A stretch of 64,000 nucleotides of DNA from NCBI GenBank assembly GCA_964359735.1, contig CAYHTZ010000004.1, positions 409 to 64,408 on the forward strand, in the 5' to 3' direction. The DNA comes from an uncultured Candidatus Saccharibacteria bacterium. GTDB taxonomy: Bacteria > Patescibacteriota > Andersenbacteria > UBA10190. Of this stretch, positions 50,553 through 59,721 are shown piece after piece. The notes beneath the pieces are model-generated. The model saw only the letters and a list, made by a program, of their open reading frames with translations. It ran no database searches and was not told the origin of the DNA. The position numbers were made by a program, and so were the translations under genes. Numbering within the stretch: position 1 is the stretch's first letter; each line of letters starts with the position of its first letter.

Positions 50553-51023
50553 GTGGTTATGACCCCCGGTCGTTTTCACCTCGTTTCAGCGGTGCATCTC
50601 TTCCTGGTACGGCCGGATAATCACATTCTATTGTTGCGCCGCTACAATACTGGCTATGAAGATGGCAACTACAGCGTGGTGGCGGGACATTTAGAGGGAG
50701 GCGAGCCGGTTCGGAGCGCAGCAGCGCGAGAGGCAAAGGAAGAAGCGGGTATCGATATTAAACCGCACCATCTCTCCATCGCTCATGTTATGCATAGAGT
50801 GACTGATCACGAAAAGATTGATTGGTTCTTTGTTGCAGATCAGTGGCGGGGAGAAGTAATAAATGGCGAACCTGCCAAATGCGATGACCTTTCCTGGTTC
50901 CCGCTGGACCACCTTCCAGAAAACACAATCCCTTATATAAAATCGGCTATAGAGAGTTGGCAGGGCGGAGTTGTTTTTTCAGAGTTCGGCTGGGAGAAAG
51001 TTTATGCTGGCTCAACGCGCTGA
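50553..51023 (+). CDS. NUDIX hydrolase
   Basis: Nudix box GHLEGGEPVRSAAAREAKEEAGI. Confidence 0.8.
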   Translation: MVMTPGRFHLVSAVHLFLVRPDNHILLLRRYNTGYEDGNYSVVAGHLEGGEPVRSAAAREAKEEAGIDIKPHHLSIAHVMHRVTDHEKIDWFFVADQWRGEVINGEPAKCDDLSWFPLDHLPENTIPYIKSAIESWQGGVVFSEFGWEKVYAGSTR

Positions 51024-51129
51024 GTATTATTTTTTACTCCTATATTACGTAATATAGTAGTGTTTGGTTCTGAGCCCGAAGTGAGAGCAGATGGATTTCT
51101 TGAGGAGCATGTAAGCCAAGAAGTCTTGA

Positions 51130-51807
51130 TTATGTAGTGCGTTGCTTTTCGTCGGCGCGGACGGTCGCACGGGTGAAGGTGCGTTTACGCCCCAGGCCGA
51201 AGAGGGAAAAGACAATGGCGGCAGCTACAACAATACAGATGACGTTGATGAAAAAGATGAGTAGGCCGTTACTCAAGATATCCCAACTGAATTGCGAGGC
51301 ACCGACGCCGGCAGTGGCCAGCGGAGGAACCAAGGAGAGAGCGATGGATACTCCCGGCAGCATGCTGCCTAAACTTTTTTTCAGGTTGCCAAAGGCGGCG
51401 GCGAGGCCGGCCAAGAAGGCGACAAAAATGATGCCGGGCGCGTAAAGCTCGCTGGCCATGGTTTCTAGGATATTGTTATTGGGCGCAATGGCGGGGTGGA
51501 AGAGCAAACCTAAAAGTACGCCGACACCCAGCGCGCAGCCGACGGCAATAAAGAGAGTGAGCAAAGAGCGGGCGATCAACGTGGGCCCGCGGATGACGAG
51601 GCCAAGAGCCAGGGTGAGCACGGGGTAGAGTACGGGCGCGATCAACATACTGCCGATGAGAACAGGAGTATCATCCAGGATCACACCAAAGGAAGCAATG
51701 GCAATAGCGAGAGTCACCATGAGAAAGAAATCATACCGCGGCGAGCTTTGGCGGATGAGCTCTGCGATGGCGTTTTCCTTGGCTGGCTGAGAAAGGGTGT
51801 TAGGCAT
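51130..51807 (-). CDS. DUF389-like hydrophobic-domain membrane protein
   Basis: Polytopic, with the FGVILDDTPVLIGSMLIAP pattern reminiscent of the DUF389/TIGR00341 family. Confidence 0.5.
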   Translation of the reverse strand: MPNTLSQPAKENAIAELIRQSSPRYDFFLMVTLAIAIASFGVILDDTPVLIGSMLIAPVLYPVLTLALGLVIRGPTLIARSLLTLFIAVGCALGVGVLLGLLFHPAIAPNNNILETMASELYAPGIIFVAFLAGLAAAFGNLKKSLGSMLPGVSIALSLVPPLATAGVGASQFSWDILSNGLLIFFINVICIVVAAAIVFSLFGLGRKRTFTRATVRADEKQRTT

Positions 51808-51864
51808 TTTTGTATAGTTGGGTAGCTTCCTGCTTTGATTGTATACTGTTCATAAGTAGAAATC

Positions 51865-52779
51865 ATGAAACTCGCATCTTTCATTGGGCTGAGCTTTGCA
51901 GTTTTTTTAGGAACAATGCCGGTCGTAGTCGCAGCGCAATTAGCTGACGCGGATGCAGACACGGTGCCGGATACTTCAGAAGCGAGTACGGCAGATACTG
52001 ATGGTGATGGCCTTACCAACAATGTAGACGCTGATGATGACGGCGATAGCGTGCCGACCAGTGAGGAAGATGTTTCCACGACTGGCGAAGCGCTGACCAC
52101 AGATTCAGACGGAGACGTTGTTCCGGATTATTTAGACCCGAATGATGACAACGACAGCACCGTGACAGTCGAGGAGACGTCAACCGCTGACAGTGACAGT
52201 GATACCGTACCCGACTATTTGGAGTCAGACAATGCGGATACGGATGGTGATGGCATAGTTAATGAACAAGACCCGGACGATGATGGAGATGGTGTGCCTA
52301 CGAGCCATGAACTTTCTGACGACGCTGAGGGCATTGTTGAGGAAGATACGGACCACGACGGGCTGCCCGACTTTCTCGATGCGGATGATGACAACGATGG
52401 CACGGCCACGGCACAGGAAGATGGTGATACGGATGAGGATGGTATACCTAATTATTTAGAATCGGGTGACCAGGACACGGATAGCGATGGCATTTCGAAT
52501 CCTGAGGATAATGATGATGATGGGGATGGCGTACTGACGGTACGCGAGCATGAGGCAGAGTCGATCGTGGAGGAGGTCCAAGAATTCATTGAGGAGATTA
52601 GGGGTGGGGGAGGCAGCGACGCCTACGATTATTTGGACGATGATGTTGACGCAGATGGTGTTCCAAGCTACCTCGACGCAGATGAGACCAAAGCGGCTAC
52701 TGATGTATCAATTGTGCGTCTCTCAGTAGCTGCGGTAATTACGGTTGTGTTAGTGTCTATCATCTGGTTCGTGTTTTGA
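51865..52779 (+). CDS. exported thrombospondin type-3 (TSP3) calcium-binding repeat protein with a C-terminal TM anchor
   Basis: A signal peptide, then at least six D-x-D-x-DG-x-x-D/N repeats ([63 protein letters not shown], and others), and a C-terminal hydrophobic helix. Confidence 0.65.
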   Translation: MKLASFIGLSFAVFLGTMPVVVAAQLADADADTVPDTSEASTADTDGDGLTNNVDADDDGDSVPTSEEDVSTTGEALTTDSDGDVVPDYLDPNDDNDSTVTVEETSTADSDSDTVPDYLESDNADTDGDGIVNEQDPDDDGDGVPTSHELSDDAEGIVEEDTDHDGLPDFLDADDDNDGTATAQEDGDTDEDGIPNYLESGDQDTDSDGISNPEDNDDDGDGVLTVREHEAESIVEEVQEFIEEIRGGGGSDAYDYLDDDVDADGVPSYLDADETKAATDVSIVRLSVAAVITVVLVSIIWFVF

Positions 52780-52828
52780 TTCTGCGGCGGACTAGTTTTC
52801 AGCTTGACGCAGGTGGTAGAGTGCAAAT

Positions 52829-53197
52829 ATGGACGACGATCAAAGGCAGCAATATGTGGTTGCGAATGAGCGGGTGAGTTCAGAGGTCAATGAGTTGTAT
52901 TTGATTCATTCTTCGTTTTTGCTGGCGAATACGGGGTTTTTGGCCGCGTTGGTGTTTAAGGGTTTTGCGGAAAATAACATAGTGCCCCTGGTTGGCGTAG
53001 TGCTATCGGCCATGTGGTTTTTAGCGCTGCATCACCAGTATCGCTACAAGAACTACTGGGCGGAAGCAGTACGCAAGCTAGAGGCGCCAGGCGGAGTATG
53101 GAATAAGGCGCCAAAAAATTCGTTTTCTCTCATGGTAACCCTGTATCTGGTGCCAATCCTCTTTGCCCTAGCGTGGTTGTATATCTTGATTTCTTGA
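52829..53197 (+). CDS. hypothetical small membrane protein
   Basis: 122 aa, three predicted TM helices. Confidence 0.4.
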   Translation: MDDDQRQQYVVANERVSSEVNELYLIHSSFLLANTGFLAALVFKGFAENNIVPLVGVVLSAMWFLALHHQYRYKNYWAEAVRKLEAPGGVWNKAPKNSFSLMVTLYLVPILFALAWLYILIS

Positions 53198-53200
53198 TCC

Positions 53201-53893
53201 GTGAGAAAACAGCAGAAAATTTGGTTAGAGGAGCATGTAAGTAAGGGGGCGCTGCCGACGATGGCGGATGCGGAGCCAGCGGTTGAGGTGGTGATGTTCG
53301 CAGACTGGCTCAAAGAGAGAAATATTTTGCCGCCGGCGAAGGTCATTGATATTGGCTGCGGCAAGGGGCGCCATGCGGTATACATGGCGTCACTGGGGTA
53401 TCAAGTGTACGCGATGGATTACATCGAGGCGGCGGTTGAGGCTGCGAAGAAGTTAGCGGAGCTGAAGGTTGTTGCTGGCAAGATTACATTCCAAGTAGCC
53501 GCAATTGATAGGGAGTGGCCATTTGAGGACAACTTTTTTGATATCGCGATTGATTCCTTTTCATCAGTCGACATTGAAACGAGACAAGGAAGGGAAGTAT
53601 ATCGAGATGAGATGATGAGAACCTTGGAGCCAGGCGGATGTGCATTGGTACGAGCGGCCTCCACTGAAGACGAGTGGGAAAAGGAATTGATTGCGAAAAG
53701 CCCGGGGAAGGAACTGAACAGCACCTACTGGCCGCAAACAGGGAAGTTTCAGAAAGATTATGACGAAGCGGAGTTACGGGAATTTTACAAAGATTTTGAA
53801 ATTCTTGAGCTGAGAACGATTACAAAGCCTACCTCAAAGTTAGGAAGAAATTATACGGCCACCAACTTCTGGGTGGTTCTGCGAAAGAGATAG
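53201..53893 (+). CDS. class I SAM-dependent methyltransferase
   Basis: Motif I VIDIGCGKGRH and post-I acidic residue AMDYIE. Confidence 0.7.
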   Translation: MRKQQKIWLEEHVSKGALPTMADAEPAVEVVMFADWLKERNILPPAKVIDIGCGKGRHAVYMASLGYQVYAMDYIEAAVEAAKKLAELKVVAGKITFQVAAIDREWPFEDNFFDIAIDSFSSVDIETRQGREVYRDEMMRTLEPGGCALVRAASTEDEWEKELIAKSPGKELNSTYWPQTGKFQKDYDEAELREFYKDFEILELRTITKPTSKLGRNYTATNFWVVLRKR

Positions 53894-53939
53894 TAGAGAG
53901 CGGGCTAGACAAGCGCCAGGCAGGTGATACGCTAGGGAT

Positions 53940-54269
53940 ATGGAAGCTCCAAAGACACCAACGGTAGGATCGGACAATACGAAGATCTTAGCGATCGTGG
54001 GGTATATTATTCCTGTCCTGTTCTTCATCCCACTGATTACGGAAGCGAAGAATAACCCATTTGCGAAGTTTCACGCCAATCAACAGTTAACCCTTCTGAT
54101 TTGGTACGTAATTGGCAATGTGGTGGTGATCATTCCAGTTTTGGGTTGGATTGCCTCGCCTATTATGTGGGTGATCGGTGTGGTTTTGGCAATTATCGGA
54201 ATTATTAACGCGGCCGGCGGAACTATGAAACGCTTGCCGATTATTGGAAGGTACGAGCTGCTGAAGTAG
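53940..54269 (+). CDS. DUF4870-family small membrane protein
   Basis: KILAIVGYIIPVLFFIPLI...HANQQL. Paralogous to 21758..22153. Confidence 0.55.
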   Translation: MEAPKTPTVGSDNTKILAIVGYIIPVLFFIPLITEAKNNPFAKFHANQQLTLLIWYVIGNVVVIIPVLGWIASPIMWVIGVVLAIIGIINAAGGTMKRLPIIGRYELLK

Positions 54270-54272
54270 CGG

Positions 54273-54740
54273 ATGGCTCGAGTTCAGGAAGGCAGCAGAG
54301 AGGATTTACGACGGGGAGTCGATTTCATTGGCGTGTGCTGCGTGTTTTGGTGCCACGATGGCAAGGGAAAAGTGTTGTTGCATAAACGCAGTGCCGCGTG
54401 TCGGGACGAGCAGGGCGCGTGGGATGTTGGCAGTGGGGCAATGGAGTTCGGCGAAGATTTTGAGAGCGCGGTGCGGCGAGAGCTGAAAGAGGAGTACTGT
54501 GTAGAGCCCTTGGAAATAAAATTCTTGGTGGCAGACAACGTGCGGCGCGCGAGTGATGGTAAAAACACACATTGGGTAGCGCTTCGGTTTGCAGTGCTTG
54601 TAGATTCAAAAAAAGTGAAGATTGGCGACCCAAAGGGGATGGATGAAATTGGCTGGTTTACGCCGGACAATTTGCCTTCCCCGCTTCACAGCCAATTCAG
54701 GCGGCATTACGAGTTTGTAAAGAAGGCGGGAATCTTGTGA
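54273..54740 (+). CDS. NUDIX hydrolase
   Basis: Nudix box GAMEFGEDFESAVRRELKEEYCV. Confidence 0.8.
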   Translation: MARVQEGSREDLRRGVDFIGVCCVFWCHDGKGKVLLHKRSAACRDEQGAWDVGSGAMEFGEDFESAVRRELKEEYCVEPLEIKFLVADNVRRASDGKNTHWVALRFAVLVDSKKVKIGDPKGMDEIGWFTPDNLPSPLHSQFRRHYEFVKKAGIL

Positions 54741-55318
54741 AATTGGGGAAAACGTTCTACGCGAAAGATCGGAAGGCGTGGCGGAAGTGGTTAGAAAAAA
54801 ATCATGCTAAAGCAAAAGAGATTTGGCTGATTTACTACAAACAACATATGGGCAAGCCGCGGGTGCCGTACGCGGAGGCGGTGGAAGAAGCGCTGTGCTT
54901 CGGGTGGATCGATAGCACGGTGAAGAGCATTAATAAAGATTCCTTCGCGCAGCGATTTTCCCCACGCAAAAGCAAGAGCGCGTGGTCGCAGCCGAATATT
55001 GAGCGCATGAAGCGGCTGAAAAAGCAGGGATTAATGGCACCTGCGGGGTTGGCAGCTTTCCAGCAAGGAAGCCCCACTTCGCCAAGGCTACGCGGGGTGA
55101 GCGAGCTCAAAATTACACCTGATATTTTGAAAGCGTTGAAAGCCGATAAAGAAGTGTGGAAGAATTTTCAGAAATTCCCGGGGTCGTATAAGAGAGTGCG
55201 AATAGCCTACATCGAAAGTCAGCGCCGGCACGGGAGAGAAGCCTTCCAGAGAAGTTTGCGAAACTTTATCAAGAAAACTAAAGCGAACAAGAAGTTTGCG
55301 TTTGGCGGAGTACAATAG
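54737..55318 (+). CDS. YdeI/OmpD-associated family protein (full length)
   Basis: WRKWLEKNHAKAKEIWLIYYKQHMGKP...AVEEALCFGWIDS is the family's conserved N-terminal half, and the C-terminal half is also present. Confidence 0.7.
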   Translation: MKLGKTFYAKDRKAWRKWLEKNHAKAKEIWLIYYKQHMGKPRVPYAEAVEEALCFGWIDSTVKSINKDSFAQRFSPRKSKSAWSQPNIERMKRLKKQGLMAPAGLAAFQQGSPTSPRLRGVSELKITPDILKALKADKEVWKNFQKFPGSYKRVRIAYIESQRRHGREAFQRSLRNFIKKTKANKKFAFGGVQ

Positions 55319-55332
55319 AATCAAGGGAAAAG

Positions 55333-55842
55333 ATGCTTACTGAAGACGAAAAAGATTTTTTGGCGAGAATTCCAGACGACAAGATTGTAAAAGTCATGTC
55401 TTTGGATCCGCACACAAATGACGTGGCTGAAGATATTATCGCGTCGATAAGGGCGGAGTATCCCGATGTTAAAGCAGTGCATATGGGAGCCACAGGACTT
55501 GGGATATCGGGCCAAGGTGATGTTGACATATATGTTTTGGCAAATCGGGGAAAGTTTTCCTCTTTTCTGCCAGGCTTAGTTGATCTCTTTGGTAAGCCGA
55601 CGAAAGAGAAACCAGATTCTATAACTTGGGAATTTCTCGAGGATGGGTTTCAGGTGACAGTGTATCTTGCAAACGCGAATTCCGAAGCTATGAGGCGGCA
55701 ATTGGTAGTGTTCAACACACTTAAAAGTAACCCAGTGTTACTTCAGGAATATGCAGTGTTGAAAGAGTCCATGAGTGGCAAGTCCTACCGAGAATATCAA
55801 CGAGTCAAGTACGAGTTTTATCATCGGATTTTAGAGAAATAG
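55333..55842 (+). CDS. GrpB-family (UPF0157) nucleotidyltransferase-fold protein
   Basis: HMGATGLGISGQGDVDIYV and a C-terminal NPVLLQEYAVLKESM resemble GrpB. Confidence 0.6.
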   Translation: MLTEDEKDFLARIPDDKIVKVMSLDPHTNDVAEDIIASIRAEYPDVKAVHMGATGLGISGQGDVDIYVLANRGKFSSFLPGLVDLFGKPTKEKPDSITWEFLEDGFQVTVYLANANSEAMRRQLVVFNTLKSNPVLLQEYAVLKESMSGKSYREYQRVKYEFYHRILEK

Positions 55843-55857
55843 GCTTAGGACTTTTTA

Positions 55858-55881
55858 CTCCCATATGACGTCATATGGGAG
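55858..55881 (+). repeat. perfect 24-bp palindrome CTCCCATATGACGTCATATGGGAG (possible bidirectional terminator hairpin or operator)
   Basis: Read directly, between the convergent grpB-like and quinone-oxidoreductase genes. It contains a 13-mer also found at 30091-30103. Confidence 0.6.
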
Positions 55882-55935
55882 TGTTTCTATCTCGGTAAAA
55901 GTCGGTTCCACACGGGGTGTGGAATTGGGGAATAT

Positions 55936-56862
55936 TTAGTTCTCTCTTACCTGGATTACCACTTTCCCGCGGGGATGGCCGGTCTGGAGATAGGTGAGGG
56001 CTTCGCCGGCTTCCTCCAGAGGAAAAATCTTGTCGATATGAACTTTGATGGTTCCTTGGTCAACTAGTGCGGCTAGTTTTTCTAGGCGCTCGGTGGTGAC
56101 GCGCGTGTTTTGGGCGATGGCAGTTGCCCCTTGTTGCTTCATGAGAGCTTCGTTGGGCTGCTCAATCATAGAGACAACCACGCCGCCCTTTTTCAAAACT
56201 TGGAAGGAACGTGCGTATGTTTCGCCACCCACGGTGTCAAATACAGCGTCATAGTTTTGGACAACTTCTTCGAAGCGTTGCTTTTTATAATCAATAGCCT
56301 CATCGGCGCCGAGTTCTTTTACGTAGGTGAGCTCGTCTCCGGTAGCGGTGGTGGCGACGTAGGCACCGATGTGCTTGGCCACTTGAATGGCCATGGTACC
56401 GATACCCCCGGCGCCGCCGTGGATAAGAATCTCTTGGCCGGCGGAGAGTTGCATGTGTTCGGTTAGCACCTGGAGCGCGCTTACTCCCGTGAGAGGTATG
56501 GCAGCAGCTTCAAGGTGGCTTACCGCTTTAGGCTTCCTTGCAATGCTCTTGGTGGGAGCTAAAGCAAATTCGGCGAATGAACCCGACCCGCCGCCCACGA
56601 CGATGGCTTGGCCATACACTTCCTCGCCGGTTTCGACTGCCACGCCAGAAAAATCTCCGCCTAGGGTGGCAGGGAACGTAAGCGCGATTACGCTCTGCAT
56701 GTACCCTTCGCGCAGTTTCCAATCAAAAGGGTTAACTCCAGCGGCATGGACTTTGACGACAATCTTTCCCTTCTCAGGAACAGGCGGGGGTGCGTCGGGG
56801 TTGATCTCGACTGCATCAGCGCCGTATCGATTAATCTGAGCTGCTTTCATAGTTTTATTCAT
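55936..56862 (-). CDS. NADPH:quinone oxidoreductase / zinc-type alcohol dehydrogenase-like (MDR superfamily)
   Basis: MKAAQINRYGADAVEIN...GKIVVKVHAAGVNPFDWK and the Rossmann GAGGIG motif. Confidence 0.85.
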   Translation of the reverse strand: MNKTMKAAQINRYGADAVEINPDAPPPVPEKGKIVVKVHAAGVNPFDWKLREGYMQSVIALTFPATLGGDFSGVAVETGEEVYGQAIVVGGGSGSFAEFALAPTKSIARKPKAVSHLEAAAIPLTGVSALQVLTEHMQLSAGQEILIHGGAGGIGTMAIQVAKHIGAYVATTATGDELTYVKELGADEAIDYKKQRFEEVVQNYDAVFDTVGGETYARSFQVLKKGGVVVSMIEQPNEALMKQQGATAIAQNTRVTTERLEKLAALVDQGTIKVHIDKIFPLEEAGEALTYLQTGHPRGKVVIQVREN

Positions 56863-57139
56863 CTTGAGTTCTCTTTTGAATCTTAATGGCTTTACCCTGG
56901 ATAAGCGCCTCAGACACTTTTTTATAGGCAGAAGAGAGAATGCGCTGGAACGTGCTTTGAGAAATTCTCATCTCGGCCGCAGCCTCAGTTTGGTCAAGGT
57001 TCTGGATGTTTTTTAACCGCAAGGCCTCGGCTTCTTCGGGAGTAATCTCAACAACTTCGGCTCGAGACTTTCCTTCTGGGGTAAAAGAGTCAAATTCCGG
57101 GCAAAAGCAGATGCGACAGTATTTTCGGGGGCGAGTCAT
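56855..57139 (-). CDS. DUF134 (UPF0251) family putative DNA-binding protein
   Basis: MTRPRKYCRI...FTPEG...LEE.EALRL...LDQTEAAAEMRISQSTFQRIL matches the DUF134 consensus along its length. Confidence 0.7.
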   Translation of the reverse strand: MTRPRKYCRICFCPEFDSFTPEGKSRAEVVEITPEEAEALRLKNIQNLDQTEAAAEMRISQSTFQRILSSAYKKVSEALIQGKAIKIQKRTQDE

Positions 57140-57202
57140 AAAATGTTTGGTAGCCCCGCACCCTTTGAAGAAGGATGCGGGGCGGCTGCTTAAGGCAGCG
57201 CG

Positions 57203-57361
57203 TTAGGCTTTGGCCTTCAAGGATTCTCTGACTTCTTTGATCTCTTCGAGTTGTTCTTGAAGGGCCTTCTCGTATTTGTCTAGGGCCTTGAGTTTGTCTT
57301 CTTTCGTCCACTCTCTCATACCCCAGCCTGGTCCGCAGTTGCACATGCCGTAGTGATACAT
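57203..57361 (-). CDS. unannotated 52-aa ORF, DUF5320-like (Cys/Gly/Trp N-terminus plus coiled-coil tail)
   Basis: Manual translation of the minus strand gives MYHYGMCNCGPGWGMREWTKEDKLKALDKYEKALQEQLEEIKEVRESLKAKA. It lies 63 nt upstream of the DUF134 gene on the same strand and is below the ORF-track length cut-off. There is no strong SD. Confidence 0.35.
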   Translation of the reverse strand: MYHYGMCNCGPGWGMREWTKEDKLKALDKYEKALQEQLEEIKEVRESLKAKA

Positions 57362-57457
57362 AGGTAAAGGAAGGAATTAATGATGTAATATCGACCTTTA
57401 CCTAATGAATATATACCCGAAACTAGAAGGCGCAAGGGAATTTGGTATACTTTCGCT

Positions 57458-58657
57458 ATGAAGCGAAGTTGGCTGTGGGTGGGTGCAGTGTTACTGGTGG
57501 CAGCGGTTGGGTTGGGATGGGCGGTTAGGCAGTGGGGTGGCCGGGTGAATGGTATATCTAAGCAAGTTTTTGACCCGAGTGGCGGCAAGTGCCAGGGCAA
57601 AGGGCTAGTGATGTTTGGAACGTCTGTCTTCGAGCTCAAAAAGCTGGCTACCATTTTGCCGATGGGAGGGATGATTTATGACCACGTGACGCCCATTGAC
57701 CATGGCTACATGTTTGGGGTGGGAACGCCGAATATTCCGCCGGATACGTTTGGGATCTACGCTCCGGCGAACGGGTACGTGGTGGAAATGGCGCGCATGT
57801 TGCGTGGTGGTAAGGAAACGTTTGTGGACCATATCTTAACTATCGAATTTTCCTGCACGCACTACCTCCACCTTTCGAATATGTCGAGCTTTGCGCCGCG
57901 TCTTATTCAAGAGGCAGGGGTAGTGGTGCCCAATTCCACGCGACCGGTGCGCATTCCGGTGCGCGAAGGGGAACTCATTGCGCGCACAGGGCCGTACGGT
58001 ATTGACGTCTATGTGTGGGATAAAGATGTGAAATTAACGGGCTACATTGTGCCGGAACATTACAACGCCGAAAGCTGGAAATTGCATTCGGCAGATTTCT
58101 TCAATTATGTGAAGGAGCCGTTGAAGAGCCAATTACTTGCGAAGAATTTACGTCAAGCGAGCCCGCGCTTCGGGAAAATTGATTATGACATTGACGGGAA
58201 ACTCATTGGCAACTGGTTTAAGGTGGGGACGTACGGTTATGCGGGCAGACCCCCGAGTGAGCCGGGCGGTGGCGATTACTGGCGAGGTCACCTGGCGTTT
58301 GCGCCCGATTACCTTGACACCACGGGCTTTGTGGTCTCAATTGGCAATTGGCAGGGTCAACCTAAGCAGTTTGCAGTGAAAGGCAATACTCCCCACCCTA
58401 AAAACATCTCGGTGTCATCAGGGGTAGTGAAGTATGAACTCGTTCAGCCAGACCATGTTGTGGCCAGTACCGGGGAATTCTGGGACCGGCGTACGTACGT
58501 GAAAGGCTTGCGCTTTACACCAAATGAGCGAGCTTTTGGAGGGGTTCTCTTGGTGCAGCTTGTTGCCCCGCGGCAGCTCAAAATTGAAATGTTCCCTGGC
58601 AAAGCGGCGAATCAGGTTTCTGGGTTTAGCCAGGCGGCAATTATGTATGAGCGCTAG
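57458..58657 (+). CDS. hypothetical exported protein (N-terminal TM anchor)
   Basis: 399 aa, no recognised domain. Its 3' end overlaps the msrA start by 11 nt. Confidence 0.45.
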   Translation: MKRSWLWVGAVLLVAAVGLGWAVRQWGGRVNGISKQVFDPSGGKCQGKGLVMFGTSVFELKKLATILPMGGMIYDHVTPIDHGYMFGVGTPNIPPDTFGIYAPANGYVVEMARMLRGGKETFVDHILTIEFSCTHYLHLSNMSSFAPRLIQEAGVVVPNSTRPVRIPVREGELIARTGPYGIDVYVWDKDVKLTGYIVPEHYNAESWKLHSADFFNYVKEPLKSQLLAKNLRQASPRFGKIDYDIDGKLIGNWFKVGTYGYAGRPPSEPGGGDYWRGHLAFAPDYLDTTGFVVSIGNWQGQPKQFAVKGNTPHPKNISVSSGVVKYELVQPDHVVASTGEFWDRRTYVKGLRFTPNERAFGGVLLVQLVAPRQLKIEMFPGKAANQVSGFSQAAIMYER

Positions 58658-59204
58658 GGAAACAGCAGTATTTGGTGGCGGGTGCTTCTGGTGTACAGAG
58701 GCGGTACTCAAGCAGCTCAAAGGAGTGGTTGATGTTACACCTGGCTATGCGGGTGGGCATCCGCCAGCTGGCGGAGAGCACCCTATCTATGGGCAAGTCT
58801 CATCGGGGAAAACCGGCCATGCGGAGGTGGTGAAAATTGAGTTTGATCCGAATGTAATTTCATACCGAGACTTGCTGACGGTCTTTTTTGCCTCGCACGA
58901 CCCCACCACGCCAGATCGGCAGGGAGCAGATGTAGGTTCGCAATACCGATCGATGATTCTCACAACCAGTGATGAGCAGCGGCAACAAGCAGAGGATTTT
59001 ATTCAAGAAATTAATACTTCAGACATGGAAGGAGAGGAAGTAGTTACAGAGGTTAAGCCGTTCGATAAGTTTTATGAGGCCGAAGAAGAGCACAAAGACT
59101 TCTATGACAAGAACAAATATACTGGCTATTCATTATTTGTGATCAACCCTAAACTAAAAAAGGTGCGGGAGAAGTTTAAAGATTTAATCAAGGAGAAATT
59201 ATGA
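58647..59204 (+). CDS. msrA: peptide-methionine (S)-S-oxide reductase MsrA
   Basis: GGGCFWCTEAV active-site motif. The start is placed at the internal Met of the longer ORF-track frame. Confidence 0.9.
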   Translation: MSARETAVFGGGCFWCTEAVLKQLKGVVDVTPGYAGGHPPAGGEHPIYGQVSSGKTGHAEVVKIEFDPNVISYRDLLTVFFASHDPTTPDRQGADVGSQYRSMILTTSDEQRQQAEDFIQEINTSDMEGEEVVTEVKPFDKFYEAEEEHKDFYDKNKYTGYSLFVINPKLKKVREKFKDLIKEKL

Positions 59205-59581
59205 ACAATATGAAGGCAGATGACGAATTATCACCAGAACTGCGGCACGTGGCGCGGGAGGGTGGCACAGAGGCGCCGTACACGGGGAAGTATGTGCATA
59301 CAAAAGAAAAGGGCATGTACAAATGCGCGGTGTGCGGCACCGAGCTTTTCTCTTCGGATACGAAGTTTGAGTCCGGCACTGGTTGGCCATCTTTTACAGA
59401 GCCGGCGAACTTGGAGCACATCAAGCTGCGCGATGACACCAGCCATGGCATGAAGCGAACGGAAGTTGTGTGCAAAACCTGTGGTGCACATTTAGGACAT
59501 GTATTTGATGATGGGCCGGTGGAAGCTGGAGGTAAGCGCTATTGTATTAATTCCGTTTGCTTAGATTTGCAGCAATCTTGA
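59201..59581 (+). CDS. msrB: peptide-methionine (R)-S-oxide reductase MsrB
   Basis: Zinc-binding CxxC pairs (CAVCG, CKTCG) and GWPSF plus the catalytic Cys region. Confidence 0.9.
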   Translation: MNNMKADDELSPELRHVAREGGTEAPYTGKYVHTKEKGMYKCAVCGTELFSSDTKFESGTGWPSFTEPANLEHIKLRDDTSHGMKRTEVVCKTCGAHLGHVFDDGPVEAGGKRYCINSVCLDLQQS

Positions 59582-59595
59582 CCAGCAGGGGAAAG

Positions 59596-59624
59596 TTGAC
59601 AGGAAATGAAATTTAGTCTATCTT
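59596..59624 (+). promoter_or_regulatory. sigma-70-like promoter of the DEAD-box helicase gene (TTGACA -35, 17-nt spacer, TATCTT -10)
   Basis: A perfect -35 hexamer at 59596-59601 and -10 at 59619-59624, about 100 nt upstream of the ATG. Confidence 0.5.
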
Positions 59625-59643
59625 TAATGAATTCATTCATTTA

Positions 59644-59721
59644 GTAGGTCGCGCAGGAGCGTGACCTACCAGACTCGACCTTACGACACAGTATCTGTGA
59701 CCAAAAGTAATCGGGTCACAG
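59644..59721 (+). other. structured 5' leader with two hairpins; the second sequesters the SD
   Basis: Hairpin 1 is GTAGGTCGCG/CGTGACCTAC (59644-59669). Hairpin 2 is CTGTGACC/GGTCACAG (59695-59721), and its 3' arm overlaps the AGGA SD 5 nt before the ATG at 59728. Confidence 0.5.

Noticed and set aside
51865-52779. Repetitive DNA that might have been a CRISPR array or tandem repeat
   Set aside because: The repeats are in-frame coding units of the TSP3-repeat protein (Asp-codon-rich). They lack uniform spacers and a constant repeat length.
55858-55881. 24-bp perfect palindrome as a terminal inverted repeat of a mobile element
   Set aside because: It is a single copy in the window apart from the shared 13-mer, with no transposase, integrase or target-site duplication nearby. 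A terminator or operator role is more likely.
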